This document shows, piece by piece, positions 1-13,449 of a stretch of DNA of 64,000 bases. Made by a program: the position numbers and the translations under genes. Numbering within the stretch: the first letter of the stretch is position 1; every line of letters starts with the position of its first letter. The stretch is taken from assembly GCF_009914755.1 (NCBI RefSeq), contig NC_060935.1, one strand, 5' to 3'. The notes under the pieces were generated by a model. It saw only the letters and a list, made by a program, of their open reading frames with translations, had not been told where the DNA came from and did not search any database. Origin of the DNA: the human T2T-CHM13v2.0 reference genome, Homo sapiens.

Positions 1-278
1 ATTATACTATTAGATCATACCTCAGTTTTGTACATGGAAAAATCAACAACAACAAAGAGAACCTCAAAATTGTCTAGAGTGAATTATTAAATAACCAAAG
101 ATAGCATAATTTTCCTTAAACTCAATAAAACTATTCCCTCATATTTGACAAGGCATACTTTGCAAAAAAGTTCATACCAAGTGCTCCAACCTTTCAGCAG
201 TGATCTAATTCTTGATTTGGTAAAAAAATACTGATTAAAAAAAATTACAACATATTTCATAAACATAATATACGTTAG

Positions 279-698
279 TGGTATGGTTTAGATGTTTGTC
301 CTCTGCAAACCTCATATTGAAATTTGATCTCCAATGATGGAGATGAGGCCTAATGAGAGGTGTTTGAGTCATGATAGAAGATCCCTCATAAATAGATTAA
401 TGCCCCCCCTTGGAAATGAGTGAATTCTCATTCTATTAGTTATTTCAGAGCTGATTGTTAAAAAGATGCTGGCACCTTCCCCCTCTCTCTTACTTCTTCT
501 CCTCTATGTAGTCTCTGCATTTGCCGGCTCCTCTTCACCTTCTGCCATGAGTGGAAGCTGCCTGAAGCCCTCACCAGATGCAGATGCCCAATCTTGAACT
601 TTCCAGCCATCAGAATCATGAACCACATAAACTTTTTTACTTTCTAAATTAACCAGCCTCAGGTATTTCTTTATAGTAACACAAAACAGACTAAGACA
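279..698 (+). mobile_element. MaLR solo LTR, MST family (MSTB-like)
   Basis: Starts TGGTATGGTTTAGATGTTTGTCC...CTCATATTGAAATTTGATC and ends ACAAAACAGACTAAGACA, the typical MST termini; ~420 bp. Confidence 0.85.
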
Positions 699-1002
699 TT
701 CATGTTTTAAAAACTGGTTTATAATAGGTAAAATATAAAAATTTAACTACGCCACTCTTAATTCAAGCAAATATAAACCAAAGAAAGTTGCTATAAATTG
801 TGAAATATGTTTTTTAAATGAGATTAATTTATATTTACAGAGTTGGCCATTCAGAAAGCTAGGGGAATTTGATAGACCTTGACATTTCGGGGAAAAACAT
901 TGTATTAATTACCATTGGTATCATAGGCTTACATAGTTTATATATTCCACAGATTAAAAACTCCAGAATCATTATATTAACAACCAGTTTTCTTAGGTAG
1001 GT

Positions 1003-2168
1003 ATATGTGTAATATATGTAATACATGTATTATGTAATACATATGTAATATGCATATGTAATACATGTATTATGTAATACATATGTAATATGCATATGTA
1101 ATACATGTATTATGTAATACATATGTAATATGCATATGTAATACATGTATTATGTAATACATATGTAATATGCATGTGTAATACATGTATTATGCAATAC
1201 ATATGTAATATGCATGTGTAATACATGTATTATGCAATACATATGTAATATGCATGTGTAATACATGTATTATGCAATACATATGTAATATGCATGTGTA
1301 ATACATGTATTATGTAATACATATGTAATATGCATGTGTAATACATGTATTATGTAATACATATGTAATATGCATGTGTAATACATGTATTATGTAATAC
1401 ATATGTAATATGCATGTGTAATACATGTATTATGTAATACATATGTAATATGCATGTGTAATACATGTATTATGTAATACATATGTAATATGCATATGTA
1501 ATACATGTATTATGTAATACATATGTAATATGCATATGTAATACATGTATTATGTAATACATATGTAATATGCATATGTAATACATGTATTATGTAATAC
1601 ATATGTAATTTGTATTATGTACATATGTAATTGTATTATGTACATAATTTGTATTATGTACATATGTAATTGTATTATGTACCTAATTTGTATTATGTAC
1701 ATATGTAATTTGTATTATGTACATATGTAATTGTATTATGTATTACATATGTAATATGTAATATGCATATGTAAAATACATACGTAATACATATGTAATA
1801 TATACACATATGTACATCTATTACATATACACACATATGTATATATGTAATATACGTATGTGCATATATGTAATATACATATGTGTATATATGTGATATA
1901 CATGTGTGTATATATGTAATAGACATGTGTGTATATATGTAATAGACATGTGTATATATGTAATAGACATGTGTATATATGTAATAGACATGTGTGTATA
2001 TATGTAATAGATATACATGTGTGTATATATGTAATAGATATACATGTGTGTATATATGTAATAGATATACATGTGTGTATATATGTAATAGATATACATG
2101 TGTGTATGTGTAATAGATATACATGTGTGTATATATGTAATAGATATACATGTGTGTATATATGTAAT
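1003..2168. repeat. Compound AT-rich minisatellite: ~15 copies of a 40-bp unit (1008-1610), then ~21-bp and 27-bp units
   Basis: Unit ATACATGTATTATGTAATACATATGTAATATGCATATGTA read directly; later unit TGTGTGTATATATGTAATAGATATACA matches the 9-aa periodicity of the spurious ORFs. Confidence 0.95.
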
Positions 2169-2275
2169 ATTTAACCTATTATAAACCAATTTTTATATAT
2201 ATTTAAATTGGTTTATAATAGGTAAAACATAAAATTTCACTACCCCACCCTTAATGCAAGCAAATATAAACCAAA

Positions 2276-2460
2276 TATTACATACTATATATATTAAGTA
2301 TATATATACTTACATAGTACGTACTATATATATACTCTATATAGTATGTATTTAAGTATATATAAGTATATAGTATGTATATATATATATACTATATATA
2401 GTATGTAGTTGAGTATATATATAGTACGCACTATATATCATATATACCATATATATAGTA
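2276..2460. repeat. Degenerate (TA)n low-complexity tract
   Basis: TATATA/TAGTATG-rich run. Confidence 0.85.
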
Positions 2461-2534
2461 TGTTATCTGTTATAAATAATCATTCAGGTATTTAAATGGA
2501 AAAAGCATTTGCATTTAGGATATTAAGTATTTAC

Positions 2535-2627
2535 CTTTCCAAAAATTGGTGAAATTCTACCTGGTCCATTTCTATTCCAGAATATTTAGTGACACAGATT
2601 TTCTCTTTCTTTTCAGTGTGAACACTT
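2535..2627 (-). CDS. DCDC1: 93-bp internal coding exon (phase 2-2), peptide (Q)SVHTEKKEKICVTKYSGIEMDQVEFHQFLE(R)
   Basis: Minus strand: acceptor tcatttgtttcag, donor GAAAG|gtaaat; open frame continues exactly from the phase-2 end of exon 5866-6047; FHQFLER resembles the helix preceding CT..LNL in DCX domains. Confidence 0.7.
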
Positions 2628-3217
2628 CTGAAACAAATGATCCGAGATTCGACTGATATCTCAGAATACACTGTCAATTATCTCGACATACTTTAATATG
2701 TGAAAAATTATAAGGTCTTAATTTATCATGATTTGCCCTAAAGTAATCTCTTTCTTTAAAATATACAGTTTCAAAAACTATCACAATGAAATATTTAACT
2801 TCATTTTAAATATTACATAACATGACATGTTATTACATAAATATTTATACTATGAGTAATTTTGTAAAACAATATATTTTCACTATTTTATTTCTCTTCT
2901 AATAATGCTGAACACTATGAAATATAAATTTTTCAACTTTGAAGAAAATTCAGAGATTGCATTCATTTTACCTGTAATTTTTTATTCATATATTGTCTTA
3001 TTATTAACCCCAAATTTAAAATTTTTAGACTGAAAAATAAATAATGATGATCATAGAAAAAGATGCTTAATTTGAATATACATCTGCTCAAAGTTTTAAG
3101 TTAGGAAACTATTTTGTGCATTTTTTAGAATCTATATTTTATTAAATGAAATAGTTATCAAATACTTTATAATTAATTGTTCTTTCATTACAAATGGTGA
3201 TCAAATATAACTAACCA

Positions 3218-3700
3218 TTCATTCGTTCAGTAGTCACTAATTTAAGGCCTATGTAGGCCCTTAATCATGTGGCTAACAAAGTGACTCCCTAGTACCTTAA
3301 TACTTGATTCATCAGAACACAATGATCTATGATCATAACATAGCAGATTGTACATCTGCTATGAATGAAGCATCCCTGTTCTCTATCTCATGGATGGAAC
3401 ATAAGCAGATAATCATGAAACTGAATGATAGGTGCTGTACTGGTGGAAGGCCCAGGGCTGGAGTAGTGGAATACACAGTAGACACAACTAACTCGAGAGG
3501 AGAGAGTGTCTCATTCAGGGTCAACATCTAGAAAGGAAATCTAAACTCATTCTCAAAAGACTTTTATTATTTAAGCACATAGGAAGTGTTGGAAAGTGGT
3601 GGTGGGTGGTTTGAGAGTGGGAATTGGGGGAGTGTTGATAGGAAATAGAGCTAGAGAAATATGCAGGGATAGGTCATAAAAGGACTTACAAGCTCTACTA
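3218..3700 (-). mobile_element. L2 3' fragment, highly diverged
   Basis: CATTCATTCGTTCAG... L2 tail signature followed by purine-rich L2-like sequence. Confidence 0.5.
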
Positions 3701-4289
3701 AGGAGCTCAAGTGAGTTCAGAGATCATAACTTACTAATAAGTAATATATATATTGAAATCATCTAAAATATAAAATTTACTTCAAAGCCTCATCTGGGGC
3801 CTTTCCTCTTAAAATTCCTTAAATGTAACTTATAAAATTTTTCTTGTTTAACTTACATTTCTGAGAGACAAAATTTGCCTGTGACACAAGAAAAATTATG
3901 AAGGTCTTAATTTATATAAACTCGACAGTCACTATTAAGACTAATTGACAAGATCTTGTCACTCACTAGAGTAATAACCGACTAAGTAATGAACAAATAC
4001 TATTTGATTTTCCTTAGGCTTTGTAGATGAAAGAACCAATAACAACAACAAAAACTCCTCAAAACTACCTCCAGTAAATTATTAAATAGCTAAAGGACAG
4101 CATGTTACTAGGGCAAGATTTGGTTAAAGTATATCTATATTTCATACTTCCAGCATGATTTTGCTTGTAGAGACACTAAACAGCCCAACACTCCTTCTTA
4201 TAAATAAATTTCAGGTTAATGTAAGTAATATATGTCACTAGAAGTTATTTCTTCTGGAAGATGTGTAACTTGTATTTATTAAATACACC

Positions 4290-4392
4290 AAGGCACAGCA
4301 GGGCTTCTGCCTGGCACAACTCTAGGATGCCATTCATACAGATAACCATGTGAATGGAGCTCTCTGAAGCTGGACAACCAGCCACCCTGCAA
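4290..4392. mobile_element. MER91-like hAT DNA transposon relic (palindromic)
   Basis: GCACAACTCTAGGATGCCATTCATAC...ATGTGAATGGAGCTCTCTGAAGCTG internal inverted symmetry. Confidence 0.5.
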
Positions 4393-5865
4393 TGTAACCC
4401 AAGACCTTCCATTTAAACCTTCTGTGAACCAGTACTTACATCCAGCTCTAGGGGTGGGTGAATTCTATTGATGATATTATAGAACACTTTCTGAATCAGC
4501 AGAGATATTAAACTATATGTAGTAGAGTTTTAGTGTTAAGTGTATGCCAGTGTATTTTAATTATTTGGGAGTAATTAATTCATATGGTGAACAAGTAACT
4601 CTAATACCTGAATACGTGATGAACTGGGACATACTGTTCCATGAACATAGCATATGGGCAGCACAGCATTTCACATATTCTCTGCTAGAACAGTTGTCCA
4701 AATTTACCATTTCAATCTCTTAAAATTTGTTCGGATTACCTGACTGAACCATGCATTTTAAAACATTGATGTGATAATATCTGTATGTAACTTTGAGCCA
4801 CAATTAAAGATAGAAAACAAGAAAAATAATGAATGTAGGAAGAAACAGAAATTTTGTGTTAACTTTGGGTGTTACTTTTGAAGAGTCATACACTACTTTA
4901 AGGACATTACCCTCACATTTTACATCTAGCAGAATGAGCTAATTATGAAATGTATGCGTCAAAGAATTCAATTTCAGGCTTGACTTTACTTTGAAGTTTA
5001 ATTTTTTACTTTATCATCTTTACAGGCAGTTCAGTGGTCATCCAATCTGAATGTTACTCATTGTTCAGCGATGTATGAAGTATATTTAATCAATGTGAAA
5101 AAAGTAGTATTAAACTATTATAGCAGCCTCAAATATTCTAAACATCTCAAAAGAAAGGTCAAGAGGTAATATGGCTGCTAATAATATGAGAAACAATGTG
5201 TTTAACTCATTCTTTACATCAGAGCTCTTCAATGATCTATGATGCCTTTTGTCATAAAATGAAATGAAAAGACAGCAGGTGATTTTTCTCCAATGTTGGA
5301 GAAAATATTGGCTATTGGGAAAATTTTATCCCAATAATAAGGTAAGCTAAAGTGTCAATAAATGTTTTTCTAGGGTGATAAACTTTTAAAATGTTATTCC
5401 AAGGAAGACTATAAATTATATAAAGTTATACTTTTGAGAACTGTATTTGTTCATTAAATATTCTAAAGATTTAAACATAATTGTGTATAATTTAACTTAT
5501 ATAAGGAGTTACAAAATTATATTTAAGGATGTTGAGTTCAATTATTTCAAGACACATTTATAAAACTCAAACAAAAATGCTAATCCAAATATACACTGAT
5601 CACAGAATTTTTAAAAATAGAACTTTTAAAAAATCAGAGCTACTCATTTCTAAACCATTATCTTCTAAATTAGCAGAGTTCAAATCAAATTCCTGATGAA
5701 GAAACTAAATGAGTCCTAGTCTCTATTTTCATCTTCAAATATGAATATGGGAGCCCTTTTGCTAAATAAATACAGAATTCCCACAGAAAAACATCCATAA
5801 TTAAGAACACAAAATCTGTACAAACTAGAAAGTGTATTTAATAAGTATGAACAAGTTGTTCTTAC

Positions 5866-6047
5866 TGCGTTTTCCGTCCAGGTGAGATATCTGGACCAAG
5901 GATAGTAACGGATCTGTTTTTATTCTTCTCTCCATTCTGCAAAACTCTGAGTCGCACAGGGGCATATGGCTCTGTTGTCTTACAGATGGGTTTCTTCATG
6001 GGAGGACTGCTCGGAACAAGCAGTCCTTGTATTGGCCAATCAAACTC
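5866..6047 (-). CDS. DCDC1: 182-bp internal coding exon (phase 0-2), EFDWPIQGLLVPSSPPMKKPICKTTEPYAPVRLRVLQNGEKNKNRSVTILGPDISPGRKT; start of a doublecortin-like domain
   Basis: Pyrimidine tract plus tttctgaag acceptor, donor ACGCA|gtaaga; retains CpGs in an AT-rich context; RLRVLQNG is the R-x-x-x-x-NG start typical of DCX domains; joins upstream exon as ...GQLNE|EFDWP. Confidence 0.8.
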
Positions 6048-6579
6048 CTTCAGAAAGAAATGACAAAAACATAATAATAAATACAGAAGAAGGGTCATGT
6101 CTAGATTTTTAAAAATATTAAACACAGTTTATACCTTTAATCTCTCATTCATTCAGCAAAAATGTATTGGGGTACCTAAGATGCTCCAGACAATTCTAAT
6201 TAATGTTTTATTTGAAGAGGAAAGATAATTATTTTTAAAATTTCTGTAACAACCTGTGTTATGTTGCAAGATGAATGATTTATTCCCTCTCAGAGAAACA
6301 TCATTCTCGAAAAATAGAACCGAATGAACTTGGAATACTTTTGCTTACATGTTAAATATCTTTAATCAGTGTGAAGAAGGAATGTGACAAAAGTGGTTTT
6401 AAAATAGCCTGAAATAATACCACCTTAAACTAGATCTAATTGGCAAAAAAGGAATATATTTGGAGAATATTGCAAAAATAAAATAAAATAATGAACATAA
6501 ACACATTTCACGTTTCAGTTGTAGAATTCAGTTACTTTTTAATTCAGTTTGTATCAATTTATCCATAAAATCATTTATT

Positions 6580-7030
6580 GATTAATTCATGTATTCTTCA
6601 AATATTTTTGAATGTTTACCATATATTCTAGGCATGATATTATGCACCAAAAATAAAACTATGAACCACACAAGATACTCTTCCTCGAATAATTTATAGC
6701 AGGTCTTCAGAAACTTACCTAAATATAGACTGGCAATTACAATAGTGTAAGTATGACGACAGGTTACAGGTGTGATGGGACCACATAGGGAGGAGAACCT
6801 AACTCAGAAATGTCATAGAACTGAGTCCTGAAGCCTTCGTAGGAGTTAATGCAGTAAAGGATGGGTAAAAAGAGGGATAGAGTAGGTTTATCAGACTTGA
6901 GGATTAATAGAATATGATGCTGGGGCAATAAAAGGAGGCAAGGGGGTTTCCAAGTTCACAGTTTGGGTAACTGGGTGGATGGTATTGCTGTTCACAGAGA
7001 TAGACACTTGTGTGTGAAAGAAGAGTAAAT
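6580..7030 (-). mobile_element. L2 fragments
   Basis: ATTCATGTATTCTTCAAATATTTTTGAATGTTTACCATATATTCTAGGCA L2 3' end and downstream L2-like blocks. Confidence 0.6.
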
Positions 7031-7129
7031 GCAGGAAGGGATGATCAGTGATGATGCTGGGCAAGGTCCAAGTTTATTCTTTCTCTTTTTTTTTTTCCTA
7101 CTTTCATAAACCATTGCTCTGGCAGCATC

Positions 7130-7784
7130 TCCTGTTAATCTGCAATGACCATCCTGTAAAATATCACTACTGCATGTAAGTGTAGATCTGCTTTTGTTTC
7201 TCTTCAGTTTGTCAGTTTGTCTTTCCCTTCATAGTAATGTACTGCTTTGATTATAATATATTTTTATGTGGTAAGTCTTGATAACTGGTAGGGCAAATAT
7301 GCTCACCTTTTTTTTCTTTTTTTGGGAATTGGCTCTTGTTGGCCCTTTGTTAATTCATATACATTTAAGAATAAGTTTGGTTAGTTTTTTTAAAAGTCTA
7401 TTTGGGATATAAGTGCTCTATATTAGGTTAAGAAATTTATATTTTGTTAATATTTTTTCTTGAATTTGTGTTAAATCATATAAAGCTCTTTTTCCTTCAT
7501 TTACTGAGATTTGCCTATATGACTAAACTCTCATCACTTATGTGTTAATTACATTAATTTTTAAAAATTTAAACTAATATTGCCTTCCTGGATAAATCAA
7601 AATTGCTCATGATGTATGACACTTGTTATAAATTGTTGAATTAAATGTGCTAATATTTTCTTTAAGATTTTTGCATGTACATTCATAAATGAAATTAACA
7701 TGTAATTTTCAGTTGTTACCTTCCTCAAGGTTTGGTATGAACCTTCTGCTAGCCTCATGAAATGAATTGGAAAGTATTGCTTCT
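7130..7784 (-). mobile_element. Old L1 (L1M/L1ME) ORF2 fragment, host of the ERV insertion
   Basis: T-rich antisense L1 motifs (e.g. ISFMNVHAKILKKILA on minus); continues after the provirus at 13908. Confidence 0.7.
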
Positions 7785-7836
7785 TGTGAGAAACACACTC
7801 ACGCATCCAAACCCAAAGAATGGACGTAGAGGCACA
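7785..7836 (-). repeat. 3' LTR remnant (terminal ~52 bp only)
   Basis: Near-identical to 13450-13501 (TGTGAGAAACACACTCAC..CCAAACCCAAAGAATGGAC..AGAGGCAC). Confidence 0.9.
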
Positions 7837-9944
<2,108 letters not shown>

Positions 9945-9989
9945 TCATGTTTTCTTTTTACATTTTTCTCAGAGTTAACTTTAAGGGTT

Positions 9990-10595
9990 CCTCAGGTGAC
10001 CCATGCACTGGTCTTTTTCCCTCCCTTCTGGGGTCTCTTTTACCAGTCCCTTGACTGGAGTATAGTGAGTCCACCACATTCAGCTGTTTGCACAGCGGTC
10101 TCAGTGGTTAGGAACACTTAATAGGGACCTTCCCAGTTTAGGTGGAGCTTGTCTTCTTTCCAAGTCTTAATCAGCACCAAGTCACCAGGCTGGAAGTGGT
10201 GAACCATGAATTTAAGAGGCAGAGTTTGAGTCAGAAGTCCTTTTAACCTGAGGGATGACAGGGTGGAGGATATGGCCAGTATATAATTTCTTAAAAATTG
10301 GTCCTTGGTTTCCATAGTAGGAAGATCTGTAGCCCTGTCCAAATATGCGAGTCCATATAATAACTCATAGAGGGACAATCCCAAGTCTTTTCTTGGGGCT
10401 GTCCTAATCCTAATGAGTGCTAATGGGAGACATTTGGTTCAAAGCATTTTAGTTTCTATGATTAGTTTGGTGATATGCTTTTTGAGAGTTTGATTTATTC
10501 TTTCTACCTTTCCAGAGGAAGGGGGATGCCAAGGGGTGTGATAATCCCTTCTAATTTGTAAACCTTCCATAATTTCCCTTAACACCCTTGAGGTA
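9990..10595 (-). pseudogene. ERV integrase C-terminal half
   Basis: HTPWHPPSSGKVERINQTLK, GLSLYELLYG and WEGPY (GPY/F) motifs. Confidence 0.9.
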
Positions 10596-10905
10596 CCTTC
10601 CTTCCTAAGCTCATGCAGTTCAAAGAAATCACTCTCTTCTAACAAAGGGCAGCCTGAAAGTTGAGGTTGTAAATGACAGATAAACAGCTTAAGCACAGAA
10701 AGGGAGTGGGGAAGACTCCTGGGTTATCACCAAACTTCACATTCATACAGTGGGCTCCAGTAGAAACACTGGGCCTTAATAAGCACATTCCTTTCCCTTT
10801 AGGCACACTAAGGGAAGCTAAAAGCAGACTGGGGGAAGATGCCTGCAGCTGGAAGATGTCTGGGAACAGACACAGAAACTCTCCCTCCCAGATAAGCGAC
10901 ACAAA

Positions 10906-11500
10906 GGAATATTTTATGGTGATACGTAGGTTCTAATAGTCAATTTTTAATTAATCCCTCCATTACTGGTTGGAAGTCTTTTCTCCCTTAAATAGCAATG
11001 GGATATTGCTCCTGCAAACTACTTCTCATGGTTGTTTTAGTTCAATCTGTAAGGGTGTGATTTTTAACCCTCCCCTGTTGCCTTCCCCAACCCACACAAG
11101 GGGATTAATTTTTCTTTCCTTCTCCTCTATTAGGAGGCTCATCATTACCTTTATTTGTCCTTCCTCTATTCTTAATCCTAAACCCAACCTCACAACTACG
11201 TTTTTACCCAGGAGGTTAGTTCTTGCTTCAGAAACATGTAAGAGTGACCCCTCAATTTGTTGTGGTTCCATTTAACATTTTCTTGAATATCAGAACCTCA
11301 AATCCCTCCCCTCTTACCCCTGATACTGCTAATTTTCCCTTAGAGAGTTCTGTATCCCTTGGTTGGTGAATTAGGGAGGAGCGAGCCACCCCAGTATTAA
11401 CCCAAAATGTCACTTTTTCTCCCTCAGGTCCCACCTTCAAATTTATCAAGGGTTCCTGGTGGGACCTACTCAAAAGGAACCCCTGACTCCCCCAGTCCTC
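10906..11500 (-). pseudogene. ERV protease and first codons of RT
   Basis: FWVNTGVARS (decayed D-T-G site), NLLGKN, LWV..GNRGGLKITPLQIELKQP. Confidence 0.8.
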
Positions 11501-11599
11501 ATCAATGGTCATGAGGGGGATCACCTTTTCTTCCATCCAGGACATTCTCTCTAAAAATGCCCAGGCTTTCCACACTTGTAACATCCACTCATAGTCTTA

Positions 11600-12991
11600 G
11601 GAGCTTTTCACTGCCTTTCCCTTCCTTCCCTGTGTCGAAATCTATCATTCCCTCATCTCCTTCGAGGGAGATCTTGATCTAACCTTTTTCTGACTACCTA
11701 TTCCACAGTGGAAACCATGATTTTCACTTTTTGTTTCTGCTTATCTTCCTCTCTCCTTACAAAGACCTTCTGAGCTTCCCTCAGTAATTCCTCAATCGGT
11801 TTTTCATTCCATCCATCAATCTTCCACAGTTTCTATTTTATCTTCCTTATGTAGCTCCCCAACCCTTCTACAGCCTTACTGACAGCTGCCCCCAGTGGAC
11901 TTACAGCCTCTCAGGAAAACAACAACAAAACCTTTAATGGTTATCTCATCCATTTACCCTTCCATAACCTGAATCCTTTCTACCGCCTGCTGACAAACAG
12001 CTACTTTGCAGGCAACCCACTACTCCTCAAGCAGCCTGATCCTAAACTCTCCTCCACATCCCTTTGTCACTTGCATCCACCAGTTTCCGGGCTCTGTTCC
12101 TCCTCAATGGCCTCATTGCACCCTTTCCCTGCACCTCCTTGCTTGAACCTCCAGAACCTTCCCCGAGCCAACCTCTCCACATCCTCTCACTTCCTCTTGT
12201 ACTCTTCCTTCCTTTTACATTATTTTTCTCCCCAGTCTCACCTTCTGTGTCTCTCTTTGATCTCTGTCTTTTCCAGTTTCTCTCTCGTTCATTTTTCTTC
12301 TTCTATCTCTCTCTCTCTCTATCATCTCCTGTTTCCTTTCTCCCTAACACTCAGTTTCTTCCTCTTTCTCTCTCTGGGCACGAGCCAAGCCGTGCTGTGC
12401 CCTGGCTCCCTCCTGTCTGTCTGCAAAGACGGACAGCTCTGCTGAAACGACAAAGATTCAGCAGCAGCTTTTATCAAGTTTTTAGCAGCCAGCTCTCACA
12501 CACAGTTGTGCAGCTGGCTCTCCCCTGCCTTCAGGGTCAGCAGCTTAACTCCTTCTCTCCCTCTCTGGCCCTCTACATTTGCTGTTTCCTCCCCTTTCTC
12601 TTTCTGATTTCCTTTCTTACTTTATCCCTTTTTTCCTTTCTTCTTTGAGGGGGAACATGGGGGCTAATTACTTGATCCAGCAGAGAGCATAACCCATCTC
12701 TTCTTGTGAGGATGGGGTTTTATTATTCACATAGAGAATTAAAGCTTGGCACACCCAATCCCCATCTGAGCCAATCTTAGGCCAAAAGACCGAAGGCATA
12801 CTAACGGGGTCTTTGGGCCAGATAAAACAGCAATACTTTATCATTTTTTGTTTTTCCTTATCCATAGTTTGGGGGTTATTTCCCCAAGCCTGTAACATCC
12901 TTCCCAGTGAATTATCTGTGGGAATGTTGGAGGGGGCCACGTTGGCTCCCTCCTTCCTTTGTTCCCTAGGCCTAGAATTTTTGCTTCCCAT
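11600..12991 (-). pseudogene. ERV gag: matrix (12668-12991) and capsid C-terminus (~11700-11850), interior replaced
   Basis: MGSKNSRP...IPTDNSLGRML..W...MIKYCCFIWPK; EELLREAQKVFVRREEDKQKQK on minus near 11730-11800. Confidence 0.8.
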
Positions 12992-13427
12992 TTTCAGCTG
13001 GTCCTCATGTCTGAGTTTTCCTGTGTACTCAACCCCCTTATTGGAGGTTTCTTTTACACCCTGTGAGTCAACTGCTTTGTCTGTCTCCAGCTGTTTCCCT
13101 CGCGGGATAATGGAACCACAGACTGGGACTCCACACTTGCTTTGTATCTAGGATACATCTCAGACACACATACTCGACCTCTGAAAATGCCCAACTACCA
13201 AGGCAGTACTTATAGTCCAATTTTCCTATCTTGGCTCATGCACGAGGTTGCCTGGTTGCCGCAGGGCTTGCTTTTCTCCCTGTTACCTCCACTGTCTCCT
13301 GAATAACAGTCTCAGGTTTATCTATGGCTTCAGTGGGGAGCTGGGACACCCAGAGAGAGCGGGCCACCTAAATTGGTTGGGACACCTCTCCCCTCTTGGC
13401 TGGAGTCCCACTCTATGCAGGCACAGA

Positions 13428-13446
13428 GATCCTGGATGGACCACCA
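13428..13446 (-). promoter_or_regulatory. Primer binding site, degenerate tRNA-Ile type
   Basis: TGGTGGTCCATCCAGGATC three bases after the LTR end; resembles TGGTGGCCCGTACGGGGATC with CpG-type decay. Confidence 0.6.
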
Positions 13447-13449
13447 GGT

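Noticed and set aside
1170-1460. Repeated TGCATG (RBFOX motif) downstream of the cassette exon
   Set aside because: Motif is on the + strand; the gene is transcribed from minus, where it reads CATGCA
1008-1610. CRISPR-like array of palindromic 40-bp repeats
   Set aside because: No unique spacers, no cas genes, primate context; a head-to-tail minisatellite
1693-2189. ORFs of 81-152 aa rich in Y/I/H/T
   Set aside because: Translations of the tandem repeat
12064-12648. 194-aa and 124-aa + strand ORFs
   Set aside because: Pyrimidine-rich low complexity yields L/S/F/P strings with few stops; antisense to the ERV
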